A stretch of 63,179 nucleotides of DNA, filler included, from Octopus bimaculoides (Eukaryota), in the NCBI RefSeq assembly GCF_001194135.2. It is 6 parts of 6 records of this genome, joined end to end, with 100 filler letters (N's around TTAATTAATTAA, not from the genome) between each part and the next. Parts side by side here need not be neighbours in the genome. Positions count along the whole stretch, not along the records: positions 1 to 11,888 come from NC_068986.1; positions 11,989 to 28,636 come from NC_068989.1; 4 more parts are not named here. The stretch is one strand, 5' to 3'. The translations under genes and the position numbers were made by a program. Below, piece by piece: positions 1-13,344 of the stretch (positions within the stretch are counted from its first letter, which is position 1; every line of letters begins with the position of its first letter). The notes under the pieces are model-generated. The model had not been told where the DNA came from. It saw nothing but the letters and a program-made list of their open reading frames with translations, and made no database searches.

Positions 1-35
<35 letters not shown>

Positions 36-459
36 ATCGCATACTGGCAATGGCTACATGAATGGAGTATAGACTTTCCATCATCAATAACACTGAAGCC
101 CCTCTTAGCTTCTTTTATCATTCTGATCACAGACACCCCTTACGAATTAACCTATTAACTCACCAGTTTCTGGAGCTATTTCTAAACCATGAGGACTGTT
201 ACGAAAATAGTTATTGATTAACCCATAGGTCAGCCCTGATTAAACAGACTAATGATCAAAGAAATTCCAGCCTTAACAACCATGACTTTTTGTGTATCTA
301 AGTTTTATTTCTTTTTAGTCAAGAAGACAAGCAGAGTCCATGACACTTTACAGATTGGTGAAAGAGAAGGAGATATTCTTAAACCAGAGATCTGACCTGA
401 ATGCTTGCAATAGAGTGGACGCTACTAAAGGCATCAAAGACGTCAGATGGTGAAGTTAA

Positions 460-657
460 TCCGTTCACCCTTGGTTCTACAATATAAACTTGCCCTTTTG
501 CAGTAATTTAAATTAAAACTTTCCCCTTAAAATTTGATGTTGACTTATGTTCCAAACACTAGCCTGATAATGACAAAATTATTTTACTCGATTCTTATTT
601 TCAAAATTAGTTGAAACAAAAGCGCCGTATTTCAACAAAAATATGGTAACAAAGGGG
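460..657. mobile_element. piggyBac-type MITE, second family
   Basis: Ends ATATGGTAACAAAGGGG-TTAA. Related copies at ~776-1180 (interrupted) and ~25283-25460 (reverse orientation). Confidence 0.7.
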
Positions 658-3600
658 TTAAAGTGGATGACAGATTAAGTCTGCCACCCAAGTGGATTTC
701 AGAACATTGGTCATAGAACAATCCTGGTTGATTAGAGTATAAATTTAATTTAGTCAGTCAGGGACTGTATCTATTTTAACTGCTTTGATACCAACCTGCT
801 TCAGACTGCTCCAGGTTCTACTATACTAATTTCTTGTTTTAAAGTGATCTAAATTAAATTACGGAGATGTACTTGCATAGCAAGTGACCTGATCTGAGAT
901 CGTGTGCTGGAACGAAAACAATTGCAGCATGGAAGGTGTTTATAAGCCATTTAAAATAACACATAAAGACAGTTAGATTCACTTCAACATTTAAATTTAA
1001 TTTGTCTTTCATTAAAATTTCATGTTAATTTGTGTCCCCCAAAAAGTTTAATAATGATCATCATTATCATTTAATGTCTGTTGTCCATGCTGGCATGGGT
1101 TGTTATTATATTAAATCCATTATTTAAAAAATTAATTGGAACAAAGGCCATGTATTTCAAAACGAATATGGTAATTCTAAGGAGAAAACAGTTTAAGAGT
1201 GGATTATGTCAGCAGATGGAGATAATCATTCAAGCATTTGTTTTTATTGGAATAATTGAATGATGATGATCTGTTTCTATTAGGCAAAATGATCCATCAT
1301 TTAGTTCTTTGAGAGGAATTATGTAAAAATCAAATTCAATAATTGTAAAATCTGAATATTCATAACTTGAGTACTATTGATGGCCTAATGCTTTGATTGT
1401 GAGTAGAGGGAAGATAGATTCATCTAATAAATACAGGAGTTTTAAGGATGGTAGCACAAAAGGAAAATGATTCTGAGAAAATAACTGTTCAAATTGTTTC
1501 AATTTTTTTGTCTTTCAGTGGTTATAAATAAAGAAAATTTATAGGTTATTAGCATTATTGTAATTATGTATTATTAATGTTAAAATAATAGTAAGAATAA
1601 ACATGGAATGCAAAGTGCCAAGAAAACCATGAGGCATTCTGTCAAACTGTTGAATTTGCCCATTTACTGCCAATCTAAAATTACATTATTTAACATAGAT
1701 TTCCCTTTTAAAGCAGTGTGATTTAAAGAAAGTTAACTGCTATTTCTAGCAACTAGAGCTATAATATCAAGGCTTTCTCATTGACTCGCAAAAATAGTAT
1801 GGATGTACAACCAGACAGAAAAGTAAAAAGTCTGATTTTAAATGCTTTTAATCTGATGTTATTTATTCTCCCAGTGTTGTAAGAACCATTCTACTATGAA
1901 ATGGCAACAACAGCATAGTTAGAACATGAGAAGTAAAAGTAAAATGACCAAGAATGTTGTTATAACAATACATGTCATTATTACATGTTACTGCATGATG
2001 AGATAACCAATTTATGTAAGCTTAGAAAACCTCGAAGAATTAACAGTATTAGATACTTCCTGTCAGAAAGTAGTCGTATATATTAATAGTTAAGAATTTT
2101 TCTAAGTGTTTTTGTGTTTGTGAATCCAAGAACTGGGCAAGTATTTGTTAGTCATTAGTATAAAATGACAAAAACACTTATAAAAGAAAAAACAAAGAGA
2201 AACTTATTTTAAATTTAAAATTCCTCTAAACAGATTGACAAGGAACAAGAAAAACCATTTTACATCACTTTCAAACCTGCAATTATAGAAGGAAGAAAGA
2301 AAAAAACATCTGCAAGAAAAAGAATTGTTCCATTATTTCTATTTTTTTTATATTAGCTTCAGTCATTGGACTTCTGTCAAGGGTTTACTCTATCATATTG
2401 ACCTCAGCACCTATTTTATCAATCTCCATTTGTCAAAGCACTAGGCAGGTTCATAAACAGTTGTAAACAGAGACATGGATAGTTTGACAGGAGCTAGCAA
2501 GTCAAAGACTGCCCCGTCGTCTCGTACTTGGTGTGACATAATTTCTACAGCTGGAGGCCCCTCCTAATACCAACCCCTTTACAGAGTGAACTAAATGTTT
2601 TTTTTTTCTTTTATGTAGCACCAGCAGCAGTGAGGTTACCAAGTAACCTGCAAGACCTTTCAAATATATACACACACACACATACATAACTACAAACACA
2701 TCCCTTTTTTGAATTACAGGATAGTCACACAGTGTCATGCTGATTCTGTCCAAGAATTACCTTAAGGGAATACATGACTGTGAAACACTCAACCAATCAC
2801 ATGCTAATCTATTGAGCACACTCAATTGATCAAACACCTGAATCCTCCCTGTCAAAACCAATAGAGATCCATGTGTGTGTATGTGTGTACGCGCACACTT
2901 TGATGAATTCAGCAGAGAAGCTTGCAATAACCGATTAGCCCTCTGCAGGATGCAAAGCTTCTCTGATGTTTATTTCACCAAGAGTGGGTGTATTATTTTG
3001 AATTTAGCTCAATAACTGCCAAAACGACTGGATGGTTTCATAAATATTTAATCCTCTTTACAAAGGAAGAGTAATTAAGATACTCATTTCATCAGACATG
3101 GCTAATGAGTATCTAATTGTTTTCCCCATTGTAAGGAGGATTAATTATTTATGAAACCACCAGGTAATTTTGGTAGTTATGGAACTAAATTAAAAAATTT
3201 CTATACACATATACACACACACACAAACACATATATATATATATATATATATAGGGAGAATTCACAAAAAAAACAAAAGACGAAGACAGGTGGTGTAGAC
3301 AACAAACAGATGTATTAGTACAACACTCAGGAAGTGAAAAGTCTTTAACGTTTTAAGCCTACACTCTTCCACAGAAAGAAACAAGGAGAGAAAAAAAGAA
3401 TGTGTAGTGGCTAGCAATCTATCATGGCAAATGCCGGACATATATATATATATATGTTATCGTTATGTTAAACTGTAATATGTCCAAATTTTGTCAAATA
3501 CGTTTTTTTCAATATTCCTTTTTTGTTTGCAATAGCCAGTTCTTTTGGTCAAGTTATCCTATCTCCAGCTGTTTCAGATGCCAAGATATCAAAAATTGTC

Positions 3601-3676
3601 AAAGTGTACAACGATTTTGCTATAGAATGGTGAAACTATTTTTTCATTTTCTGAAAAAACAACATTAACGATTTAT

Positions 3677-4025
3677 ATTTTACTTGTATGTCAAGACACT
3701 GCGGCCACGAAGAATTTTTAGTCAAATGAATCAACCCTAGTACTCAATTCTTTTTTGAAGCTTGGTTATCATTCTATCGGTCTCTTTTGGCAAAGCGCTA
3801 AGTTACAGTGACAAACACACCAACACCAATTATCAAGCAGTAGTGGGGGACAAACCCAAAGACACACACACGACAGGTTTCGTTTAGTTTCCATCTACTA
3901 AATCCACTCACAGGACATTGGTCAACTCAAGGTTATAGTAGAAGACACTTGCCCATGGTGCCATGCAGTGGGACTGAACCTGGAACTATGTGGTTAGAAA
4001 GCAAGTTTCTTACCACACAGCACCT
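3677..4025 (-). mobile_element. tRNA-derived CORE-like SINE family B
   Basis: tRNA head (CCAGGTTCAGTCCC) followed by CACCATGGGCAAGTGTCTTCTACTATA, resembling the CORE domain ACCTTGGGCAAGT. Confidence 0.8.
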
Positions 4026-4286
4026 GTATATATCTCTCTCTCTCCATATATATAAATATATATATATATTCGCACACACATATACATACACACAGCTACA
4101 CCTGCACATATATACATCCATAAATATATATAGTCTTACACACACACACATCCTCTGACCAAATTCCATTCAGACAGTATTGGTTACCTGCCAAACAGTG
4201 AGATCAAATAAGAACTGCATGATTGCAAAACAAATTCCTGGACCATACAAGCATGTGTATATCTTCATTCATATTTATTCTGCCAG

Positions 4287-4322
<36 letters not shown>

Positions 4323-7300
4323 ATCTAAAGACAGGTTCTATTAAGTTCCATTTGCTTTGCAGTCTTCAGTTCATTTTGGTATGAGATCTTACTGACATTT
4401 GGAAGTGGTCATTTTTTTGACATGAATCCAACTGAAGAATTATCAGGATGTTTGATGACATTTGCCATCTTTTAACACAGAAACACATTTAGCTAAACTT
4501 TCTCCACCCAATAAAATGTATCTGCTATCCATCCGGTGATCTACCTCTCCAAAATAAAAACACTTTGGTCAGAGTCAAAAACGAAAATTAAAATCAAAGT
4601 AACTTTAATAATGACGAGCATAAATTGACATACAGAATTGAGTCAGCTATGTCAATTTATGCCTCAGATCGTCAAAAGGTGCAATTTGTGCACAAAGCTG
4701 TGAAATTATTAAAATTATTTAAAACAAGCAAATCATCATTTAACATTTAGTTTTCCACGCGTGCCTGGGTCAGTCAGAGATCGTTGGGGCAGATTTTCTA
4801 CAGATGAATACTTTTCCTGTTGCAACCCTCACCCGTTTTCAAGTAAAGTGATGTTTCCCCACGGGTAGGCAAATTTTCACCGAAGATTGGGAAAAAAATG
4901 AAAATGTTTAGTATTAAGGTGAAGCTCATATTACAACTAACGCACGATGTCAAGACAAGGAGACACAAACACACACCACACTTATATACATATATTTAAA
5001 TACACACATATGTACACATAGGACAAACATCTTTCAGTTTTAGACAATGAAATTCACTCACCAGCCATTAAAAGAAAAAAAAAACTTGAATAAAATTATA
5101 AAGGAAATTTTAAGAATCATTTGAGAGAAAAGAGACTATCTTCAACGTAGGTAATTTGAGCTGGAGGATATAATTTCAAAACTACATATCCGAGTCAAAT
5201 TCCCCATCAGAGAAACATAAGTGTCGCATAAAGTCTACTTAAAGGAACCAGATGCAAAAAATACTATAAAGATATGTCTGCTGAGTAGACCGACAGCATT
5301 CTCCAGTCACTATCCCCTCCCATATAACGTAATGGTTGAGCAAGAATTATGTCAGTCGCCTGTACGTAGAATGTTCAGAGATGAAGAAAAAAAACGTGTG
5401 TATGTAACAACCTCTGAATGTACACTTACATATAGTTGTACTGATGGTGCTCTTCAAACTTTATGAAAGAAAGAAAATTTCTTTTTTCGGGACCCCCCAC
5501 CATCTTCAGTAAAATCGCTTTTGAACATAGAACTTCATATCCAGTATAAAGAGAAAGAGCCTAGTGAAAGGGGTTTTTCTTTCCCTTTTTTTGTAACAAT
5601 AAGTGATGAGAAGACATCATCATCATGCTATTGTCAGAAGTAAAAAAAAAAAGACAATCTTTGAGACACTCCAAAATAAAAGGATATAAATTCTCAGAAG
5701 GAACAACTCAGGACTTGGCNNNNNNNNNNNNNNNNNNNNNNNNNNNNNNNNNNNNNNNNNNNNNNNNNNNNNNNNNNNNNNNNNNNNNNNNNNNNNNNNN
5801 NNNNNNNNNNNNNNNNNNNNNNNNNNNNNNNNNNNNNNNNNNNNNNNNNNNNNNNNNNNNNNNNNNNNNNNNNNNNNNNNNNNNNNNNNNNNNNNNNNNN
5901 NNNNNNNNNNNNNNNNNNNNNNNNNNNNNNNNNNNNNNNNNNNNNNNNNNNNNNNNNNNNNNNNNNNNNNNNNNNNNNNNNNNNNNNNNNNNNNNNNNNN
6001 NNNNNNNNNNNNNNNNNNNNNNNNNNNNNNNNNNNNNNNNNNNNNNNNNNNNNNNNNNNNNNNNNNNNNNNNNNNNNNNNNNNNNNNNAGGGGGTAGGGT
6101 AGTCGGACATGTGATGCGAACGGGGGGAAGGGAGGGGGAAATGAGGAAGAGGTGGGGCGGACTCGATATTATAATGTAGCTGAGAACTTCCTTCATAAAG
6201 GGAAATATGACAAAGCAAGAAAAAGAGCCCCCCCCCTCTCTTTTCTAGTCGTGAAACCTAGAGAAGTCAATAGAGGGGGTCGGTCGTTCTGACTTAAAAC
6301 CAAGGATAAAAGATAAAATAATAAAATGAGAAATAAAAATATGCCAAGGTTAGTGTGACAAAAAAATGTCAAAATGGAAAAAAGACCATTAAAGAATTTC
6401 CAAGAGGATTTGAAAACAAAAAAAAATACTTATTGTAATAACTTTAAAGACAATAAAAACAATACAGGTTGTTTGTTTAGCCACAGATCAATCATAATCG
6501 AGAAAACCCATAAAAAAAAAATCTATTCCAACCATCAGGTATTTCATTCAGTGATTTATCAAGGACTAGATTGTTTAATGTCCTTCCCTTTTTGCTTTTA
6601 AAAGGCGGTGTTGTTCGTTATACTTTTGACATTTGGCTGCCATTTCTAACAGGTCAAGTGATCACATGCCGGCTTCCTTGTCTCTTTTTCTTACACAGGT
6701 TATTGTTTAGCCCCTGGTCAGCTCTGATTCAGCAAACCTATGATATAAAACGTTCCGACGGTGACCATTCCATCATTTCTTTGAATATATCTACGATTGT
6801 ATTGTCCAATGTATCCTTCACTTTTAAAGAAGACGGTTAAAGGACTGATCGGGAGATTTTTTTTCTTCTTTGCACGCCGAACAACCATGTAATAACTACC
6901 CTGTTGGTCTCAAACAGGTTTTGCCGAGAAGCAACAATAGAAAATTTGGTTTGACATGTAAAGTAGGTAGGTTGTGAATGACTAATGAAATAAAATTATC
7001 GATAGAAGGCACCTACAATCAAATTAAATTCCAACCATGACTCACTCGCTCTTACCTTTTTTTTTTTTTTTTTCAATTTAATCCTTATATAGGTGGGGAT
7101 TTGATTTCTACTTTTAACAGGTTTGAGCGACCAAATAGAGTTTGGGAAATGGTTCGTTTAACATAAGGTGTCTAGGTCAACTTCTGAACGAGCAAACAAA
7201 TGACCAAAGATGTTCCAGTTGTGATCATCCCGTTTTTTTTTTCTTTCTTTTAGGCAGTGTATCTTCTTTAAAGCAGATTATGGTTTGAACGAGAATTTAG

Positions 7301-7690
7301 AGACGAGCTCTCTTGTTGGCACATTCGGCTTTAGTTCTTATNNNNNNNNNNNNNNNNNNNNNNNNNNNNNNNNNNNNNNNNNNNNNNNNNNNNNNNNNNN
7401 NNNNNNNNNNNNNNNNNNNNNNNNNNNNNNNNNNNNNNNNNNNNNNNNNNNNNNNNNNNNNNNNNNNNNNNNNNNNNNNNNNNNNNNNNNNNNNNNNNNN
7501 NNNNNNNNNNNNNNNNNNNNNNNNNNNNNNNNNNNNNNNNNNNNNNNNNNNNNNNNNNNNNNNNNNNNNNNNNNNNNNNNNNNNNNAGCATTGGTAAAGA
7601 ATGGCATCAGTTCCTGTTCTGCAATCAAAATCATGTAGAATGAAAGAGGAATATCTCTGTCCAACCTTATTTCATTAACCATAGAAATAC

Positions 7691-7732
<42 letters not shown>

Positions 7733-8247
7733 ATATTAATATCTTCCAGATATTGCAACTAATTTAATTATTAAATAAGTCCCGTGATCTTTAATTAAAA
7801 AGCCGAAAGTATTGTATATGTTAATTAATAAAACAAAAGCACTTTAAACAACAATAGATATTTTGTATATTTCTGTATTTATTCCATGAATTTTCAAGGG
7901 TTTTGATTTTATAATAAATATTATCGTAAGACTTCAATTAAAAATATAACATTTATTCTAAGATATTGTAAAACATGAAAATTTAACAACACCGGCGAAG
8001 CAGGTGACGTCGTCTTGTTATTAAAAAGATTTACACTGGGAAAATATTTTAGAGTTACAATAGACTGACTGAGCTAGAAAATTACGTGACATTCATGCAT
8101 TTCTTTATGTTTTAAATGATACTATATTAATGATTTTTACTATAGGTAAAAAGCGATAAATTTTCAAGCGAAGGTATGTAGTCGTCTTGATCATCTGATC
8201 GATGGCCAGAAACGTCTGGACATGTAAAGCCGGTTTACCGCACCCAC

Positions 8248-8254
8248 ACACAAC

Positions 8255-8319
<65 letters not shown>

Positions 8320-8535
8320 TACTCTCACATACATACATGTACACATATATATACACACAAACACATATATATTTAGAGAAAGAAAGAGACACACACATAC
8401 ACATGTATACAGACACATTTAGAGAGAGAAAGAGACACACATACAAATGTATACACACACACACACATATTTAGAGAGAGAAAGAGACACACATACATGT
8501 ATACGCACACACACACACATATATATATATATCTA
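8248..8535. repeat. Compound (TA)n/(CA)n/(GA)n microsatellite, representative of dozens in the window
   Basis: Direct inspection. Similar tracts, plus (TATG)n and (GATA)n, flank most N gaps and produce the YIYI/THTH/CVCV pseudo-ORFs. Confidence 0.9.
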
Positions 8536-10035
8536 CCTACAGAAAAAGAAAGAGGTGAGTGAGGGAAATAGATAAGAAGAGATAAGATAAAGATAAATAG
8601 GAAAAGGTAGTAGGATAACGGAAAGGTGCCGGTTGGGTGGGGGTGGGGTAATTTTTCTACCAAGGTAAAAGGCACATTTTTCTCCGAAAGATAAGATTTA
8701 AACACGCACGCACACACAGTAGAATTTGAACATATTGACAAGTGTAATTGGTTAATGACAAACAATAATTAATGCGGTGACTGAACAACGTCCATGCATT
8801 GAACATGTGTGCTGTTAGAACTACCATTTTCAGCAGCAGCTCGAAAGAACCTTCGCGTTTTCGATTCTTAACTAATGAGCTAAGACACGAGGTTAGTGTG
8901 TATGTAAGGGGTGGGTTGATAAGAACAATAAGATGTCGATAACGATGAAACAGCTCAAATTTAAGTTAAAAACATGTCATTTTTATCACTTATTAAAGAG
9001 AGCGAGGAAGAAAACGAGGGTAAAAAAGAGGGAGATATAAAGAAACAGAGAAAGGGAAAGAGATAAAGAGGAAAATGGAAATTGGAAAAGAGGAAGGGAA
9101 ACAGAGAAAGGTTGAGAGAAAGATTTCTAACTGAGAAGCAGCCGTAGAAATTGTGTGTAGTAGTAACTTGCAAGGTCTAGGGCAGCATTATAAATGATGA
9201 TGATAGCGACTGACAACGGTCTACCATAACCTCTGCCACCGCTACCACACAGCAGTCTCTCCCTCATTTACACACACAGGTTTTACTGATAAAACAGTCA
9301 TGCTGAATCATTGTGACTTAAAAAGAAAAAAAATACAAGATATAGTAATAATTTAGAAGAAGAAAAAACTATACAAAGAATTAATGTTTTGAATGTGTCA
9401 TTTCCTTGAAATAAAATGAAAGGTAAAAATTGACACTAAAAAAAAAAATTAAAAACAAGATTAAAAATTCGGATAAGATACCCCGACTGTACTGTTTTAT
9501 TTTAGATCAGTACACGAAATATGTACATTGTAGAGAAAATGTAGCATGAATAAAATTAGCCGGTTATAACCCTGGACAAAGAATGGGAAAGGAGGAATAC
9601 AACATGAAAATCCCGAGAAGATGCGAAGGTTCAAGAAGCTAGATAGTTTCCTCTTCTTCGGCAACATCATTGTAACTTAATTTTTAAAAGGTGAAACATG
9701 CGATAATAAATCGAAATGTTGTTGAAATGGCAGGTCGTTTACATTTCACGTTACAGGAATAAAATTTAGAGAAAAATTTTATAATAGCGAGATTAGGAGG
9801 AACCCCAACTATATTGGAAAGAAAAGATGCTAAAATGATTGCGGAAGCAAACAAACAATTGAATGAATGAATTAATATTCTCCTTATAAGAATAGAAACA
9901 TTAAACGATTTCCTATTAATTCAGCACCGATTCATTCATAGGTAAAATGCTAATATTTATTAATTTATGAAATTTTATAGATACGTTTCTCTATGTGAAT
10001 GGATATTGGATAGGATTGGGAAGTTACGGGCTTAC

Positions 10036-10879
10036 CTTGCTTAATTGATACAATTTTGCCAGTATGGGAAGTAAAGGTGACTTGTGGATGGCTGTCTTCG
10101 ATTGTAAATAGTTCATCTTTTGTGATGGTTCTGTTACGTGCCTTCATTGTGCCAGTGTGTCCGACAGCGGTTAAGTAGCAACCGTCAATATCTTTCAGAG
10201 CTAGACCAGAGATTATACCCGACTTGAGCTCAACTGTATATAAAGTTTCTTCCGACAACTCTTCGACCAGATGGCCATCACGGTGTAAATACCGATTATC
10301 ACAAGTGACCAGTGCATATTTTCCATCGATAAATTTCAAAATGATCAAACAATCTTGGCCCCATGGAATCACCTCGGTAAATTGAATTTCGCCCTCCTCG
10401 GCTGCTAGACGGGCATAAACTTTCCTATTTACGTTTTTAAGGTTAACTTGTGGATGAATTGCTAATTGTAAGGTCCACCATTCTGTGGCTGTGGGCTGCT
10501 TGGCATGTCCAACAACATTGTTATCGGTTCCTCCCACATAAAAACCATGTGCTACGTTTCGAATCGCCCACTGGCCCTTATCATTATATTCAATAGCAAA
10601 CTTTTCCGAAAGGCCTGGCTCTTCGCTCTCTCCGCTAATATTTCCATATTTATCTGAAGCCAGGTATCGACCTAAGTGACTCCGAATGTAGACTACTTCT
10701 TCTCTCGGGTCTTGCTCCAATGTCCATGCTTGTCTTTTCTTTAAACCCGTTCCAGAAGCATTTATCTTATAACCGAATGTCTCAGCTGTTAAGTATTTTT
10801 GCTCTGAATTAATAAATCCAACTTTCCACTGAAGGCCCGTCAAGTTATTCCTGTGTCCGTTTAATCCGTTTTCTGACAT
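10036..10879 (-). CDS. FSCN1/sn: Fascin/singed actin-bundling protein, first coding exon (281 codons + 1 nt; beta-trefoils 1-2 and the start of 3)
   Basis: Translation contains fascin hallmarks KYLTAETFGYKINAS..LKKRQAWTLEQ, RSHLGRYL, AIHPQVN, PWGQD, YLHRDG, KDELF..EDSHPQV and VSIKQG. ATG at 10879-10877. Donor CAAG|GTAAG with GT at 10035-10034 (phase 1). The last 23 residues of the track ORF (G-KPVT...KIS, to 9965) read into the intron. Confidence 0.97.
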
Positions 10880-11029
10880 AGTGGAAACCTCTTGATTAAT
10901 TTAAGTTCGTTCGTTTTGACGGTCGAAAAAAATCCCAGTTTGTATGCGGCTTTGCTAGAGTGCTACACTTGTCTCTCTCCTCGGTAGCTCTAGCAGGAGA
11001 TAGAAGGTGCTCACAACTAAAAAGACAAA

Positions 11030-11290
11030 GGGAGGGAAGGAGAGAGGAGAGGTGAGATCAGTTAGAAAGACGAAGTAATTTTGATGAAGTGTCGGTGGCT
11101 TGCGCCTACCGTTCCTTTCTAAATAGAGAGGGGGAGTTAGAGAGGAGGAAAGAGAGAGAGGTGGCCAGGAAGCCGGCTGCCTAAAGCAGAACTACCGCTC
11201 CAAGAGACCAGATGACACGAACAGCACTGATATGATTGGCCGCTTCTTACACGTTTTTCCTGGCCGCCATCAGTTGACACTATTCACTAT
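11030..11290 (-). promoter_or_regulatory. Putative fascin proximal promoter
   Basis: Unique, CpG-retaining sequence 150-400 bp upstream of the ATG. Canonical CCAAT box GGCCAATCA on the minus strand (11233-11241), ETS-like GGAA cores (~11167, ~11257) and a purine/pyrimidine tract. The TSS cannot be determined from sequence. Confidence 0.4.
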
Positions 11291-11846
11291 CTTTTGTTCT
11301 TAACGGAAGAAAAAGAAAGAGATAAAAAAAGAACAGCAAACAAGGTAGAAGAAAAAGATAATAAGAAAGAAGAGACTAGTTTAATGGAAAAGATGAATGA
11401 GAGACGGTGAGAAAGATTTGAATTATTAATGATCTGGCTTTGATAATTTTGCAGTCTGACTCACTGTAGCGAGTAGTGCTGCAAGTTATCGGAAGGAAAA
11501 AATGTTTTGCTAACTAAACAGCCCGAATAAAGAACTTCAATTTTATTCCTCTAGTTTTTCTTTGTGTAGACTAAATATTTATCTATCTTTCTATACATGT
11601 ATCAAGTATGAAACTACATTATTTCTCCTATCATATGGATGTCAACAATACAGTTTCTCGTCTCTTTCGCTTAGTGCATATACATCGAATGTTGGCGTCG
11701 AATCAGTTTAATGTAGTTGTGTGTCTGTGTGTGCGCGCACCAATCTTTAGAACATTGGAATATGTGTGTGTGCACCGATGTGTGCATGTATACCATAAAA
11801 TTCTGATTTTGCTTCATAATACCAAGATTTCATTTCTTTTGCATCA

Positions 11847-11888
<42 letters not shown>

Positions 11889-11988
11889 NNNNNNNNNNNN
11901 NNNNNNNNNNNNNNNNNNNNNNNNNNNNNNNNTTAATTAATTAANNNNNNNNNNNNNNNNNNNNNNNNNNNNNNNNNNNNNNNNNNNN
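11889..11988. other. Artificial assembly linker N44-TTAATTAATTAA-N44
   Basis: Exactly 100 bp with stops in all six frames. Repeated with the 12-mer at 28681, 42661, 52150 and 59374. Confidence 0.95.
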
Positions 11989-13156
11989 TGTTGGAACAAG
12001 ATTCTTGTGAATAAAAAAATGAAGCAGTAATGATTTCTAACATAAGCACAAAAGCACATTTTTGTGGAAAAGAACAAAGGACTATATCAGTTTTGGTGCT
12101 GCATTGGTCTTTCATTTTATTGGACCTAGTAGTAGAAAAGACAAACTCAACCTTGGAACTATTTGAACTCAGAATGTAAAGTGGTAAAACTTACTGCAAA
12201 GTAATTTTGTTAGTTGCTTTACTGATTTTGGGGTATGACTTTAAACTGTATTTGGTGGTGGGGCTTGAATTTGAGAGTTCAGGAGTTAGGAGGAATATGG
12301 AATTACTCCTTATTCACCACTACTTCCAGGTTTGCTCTGACCTGGTGTTACAGTACCTGTTAAGAGCCCCAGTTATGTGTCAATATCAGATGATGCTGTG
12401 GTTAAGGCATACTGGAATGGAGGAGGACTGGTCCCTGCACATGTCATTCAGGACTACCAGTTTGTGGACATATCCTGATGTCATGTGAGCCAGTCCCCTT
12501 GCCTTAGGGTTAAATAGTCTTGTACCTCAAGGGTAAACTTGAGAGTACAAGAAACTAGCAGAGTAAACTTTAAATAAACTGGTACAAGGCAGTAGGAAAC
12601 CAATGTTGTATTTTTCCTAACAAAAATCATGATGGTTTAGACTTTACATAATATACACAACAACGCATATGGTGTTGGACAGGAGGTCCAAGGGTGCTGA
12701 TGTCTGTCAGTGTGGCATGTAACAAGAGGGAATAAAATGCAAACAAACTTGTAGTAATATTTTCTTAGAGTTGTCCATCTTTACGTTCTGAAGTCAACTT
12801 TGCCTTTCATCCTTTCAGGATTGATAATACAAGTACTAGTTGAACATTGGGGGTCAATGTAATCAACAAATCCCCTCCCCCCAGAACTGCTGGCCTTGTG
12901 CCAAAATTTCAAACCAATGCTTTCTAAGTGTTCCATCACTCTTGATCAAGTTCATAATGATTAAATTTGTAGTTGTGCTGGTAGTAGTCCTTCTTTACTG
13001 TTACTGCTCCTACTTACTAAGTTAACACTGTAGTAATATGTTAATGACGATGAAATTACAAATGCAGCAGTTAGCATATTCACAAATTGATTTGTCAGTT
13101 GTCTCATCAGTTGAAAATGTATTCAGGCTTGTTATTTTTCATCGCCATTGTTTTAA

Positions 13157-13344
13157 CCCTTAAGCATTTAAACCAACCAATATCTGGCCAGATCTGGTCT
13201 CTCACACTTACCCTACAGTGTCATTCTAAAGAGTTAACTATTGCCTCATCAAAATCTCAAAGCTACAAGATGGTGCATGATTAATGCAAAACAATGTGAG
13301 TAAATAAGCATTACATTTAACAGAATAAGTTGAATGCTAAAGGG
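13157..13344. mobile_element. piggyBac-type MITE
   Basis: TTAA-CCCTTAAGCATT ... AATGCTAAAGGG-TTAA (TTAA TSD, CCC/GGG termini, 11/12 TIR). Confidence 0.9.

Noticed and set aside
6090-6160. G-quadruplex-like purine tract
   Set aside because: One long loop, abuts a gap, no supporting context.
1-10030. Downstream fascin exons
   Set aside because: No SANQ/FQLE or other trefoil 3-4 motifs recognised on the minus strand; very short exons could have been missed by eye or lie in gaps.
9965-10035. C-terminal extension of the 304-aa track ORF as the normal fascin end
   Set aside because: Fascin similarity stops at a strong GTAAG donor; trefoils 3-4 must lie in later exons outside the window.
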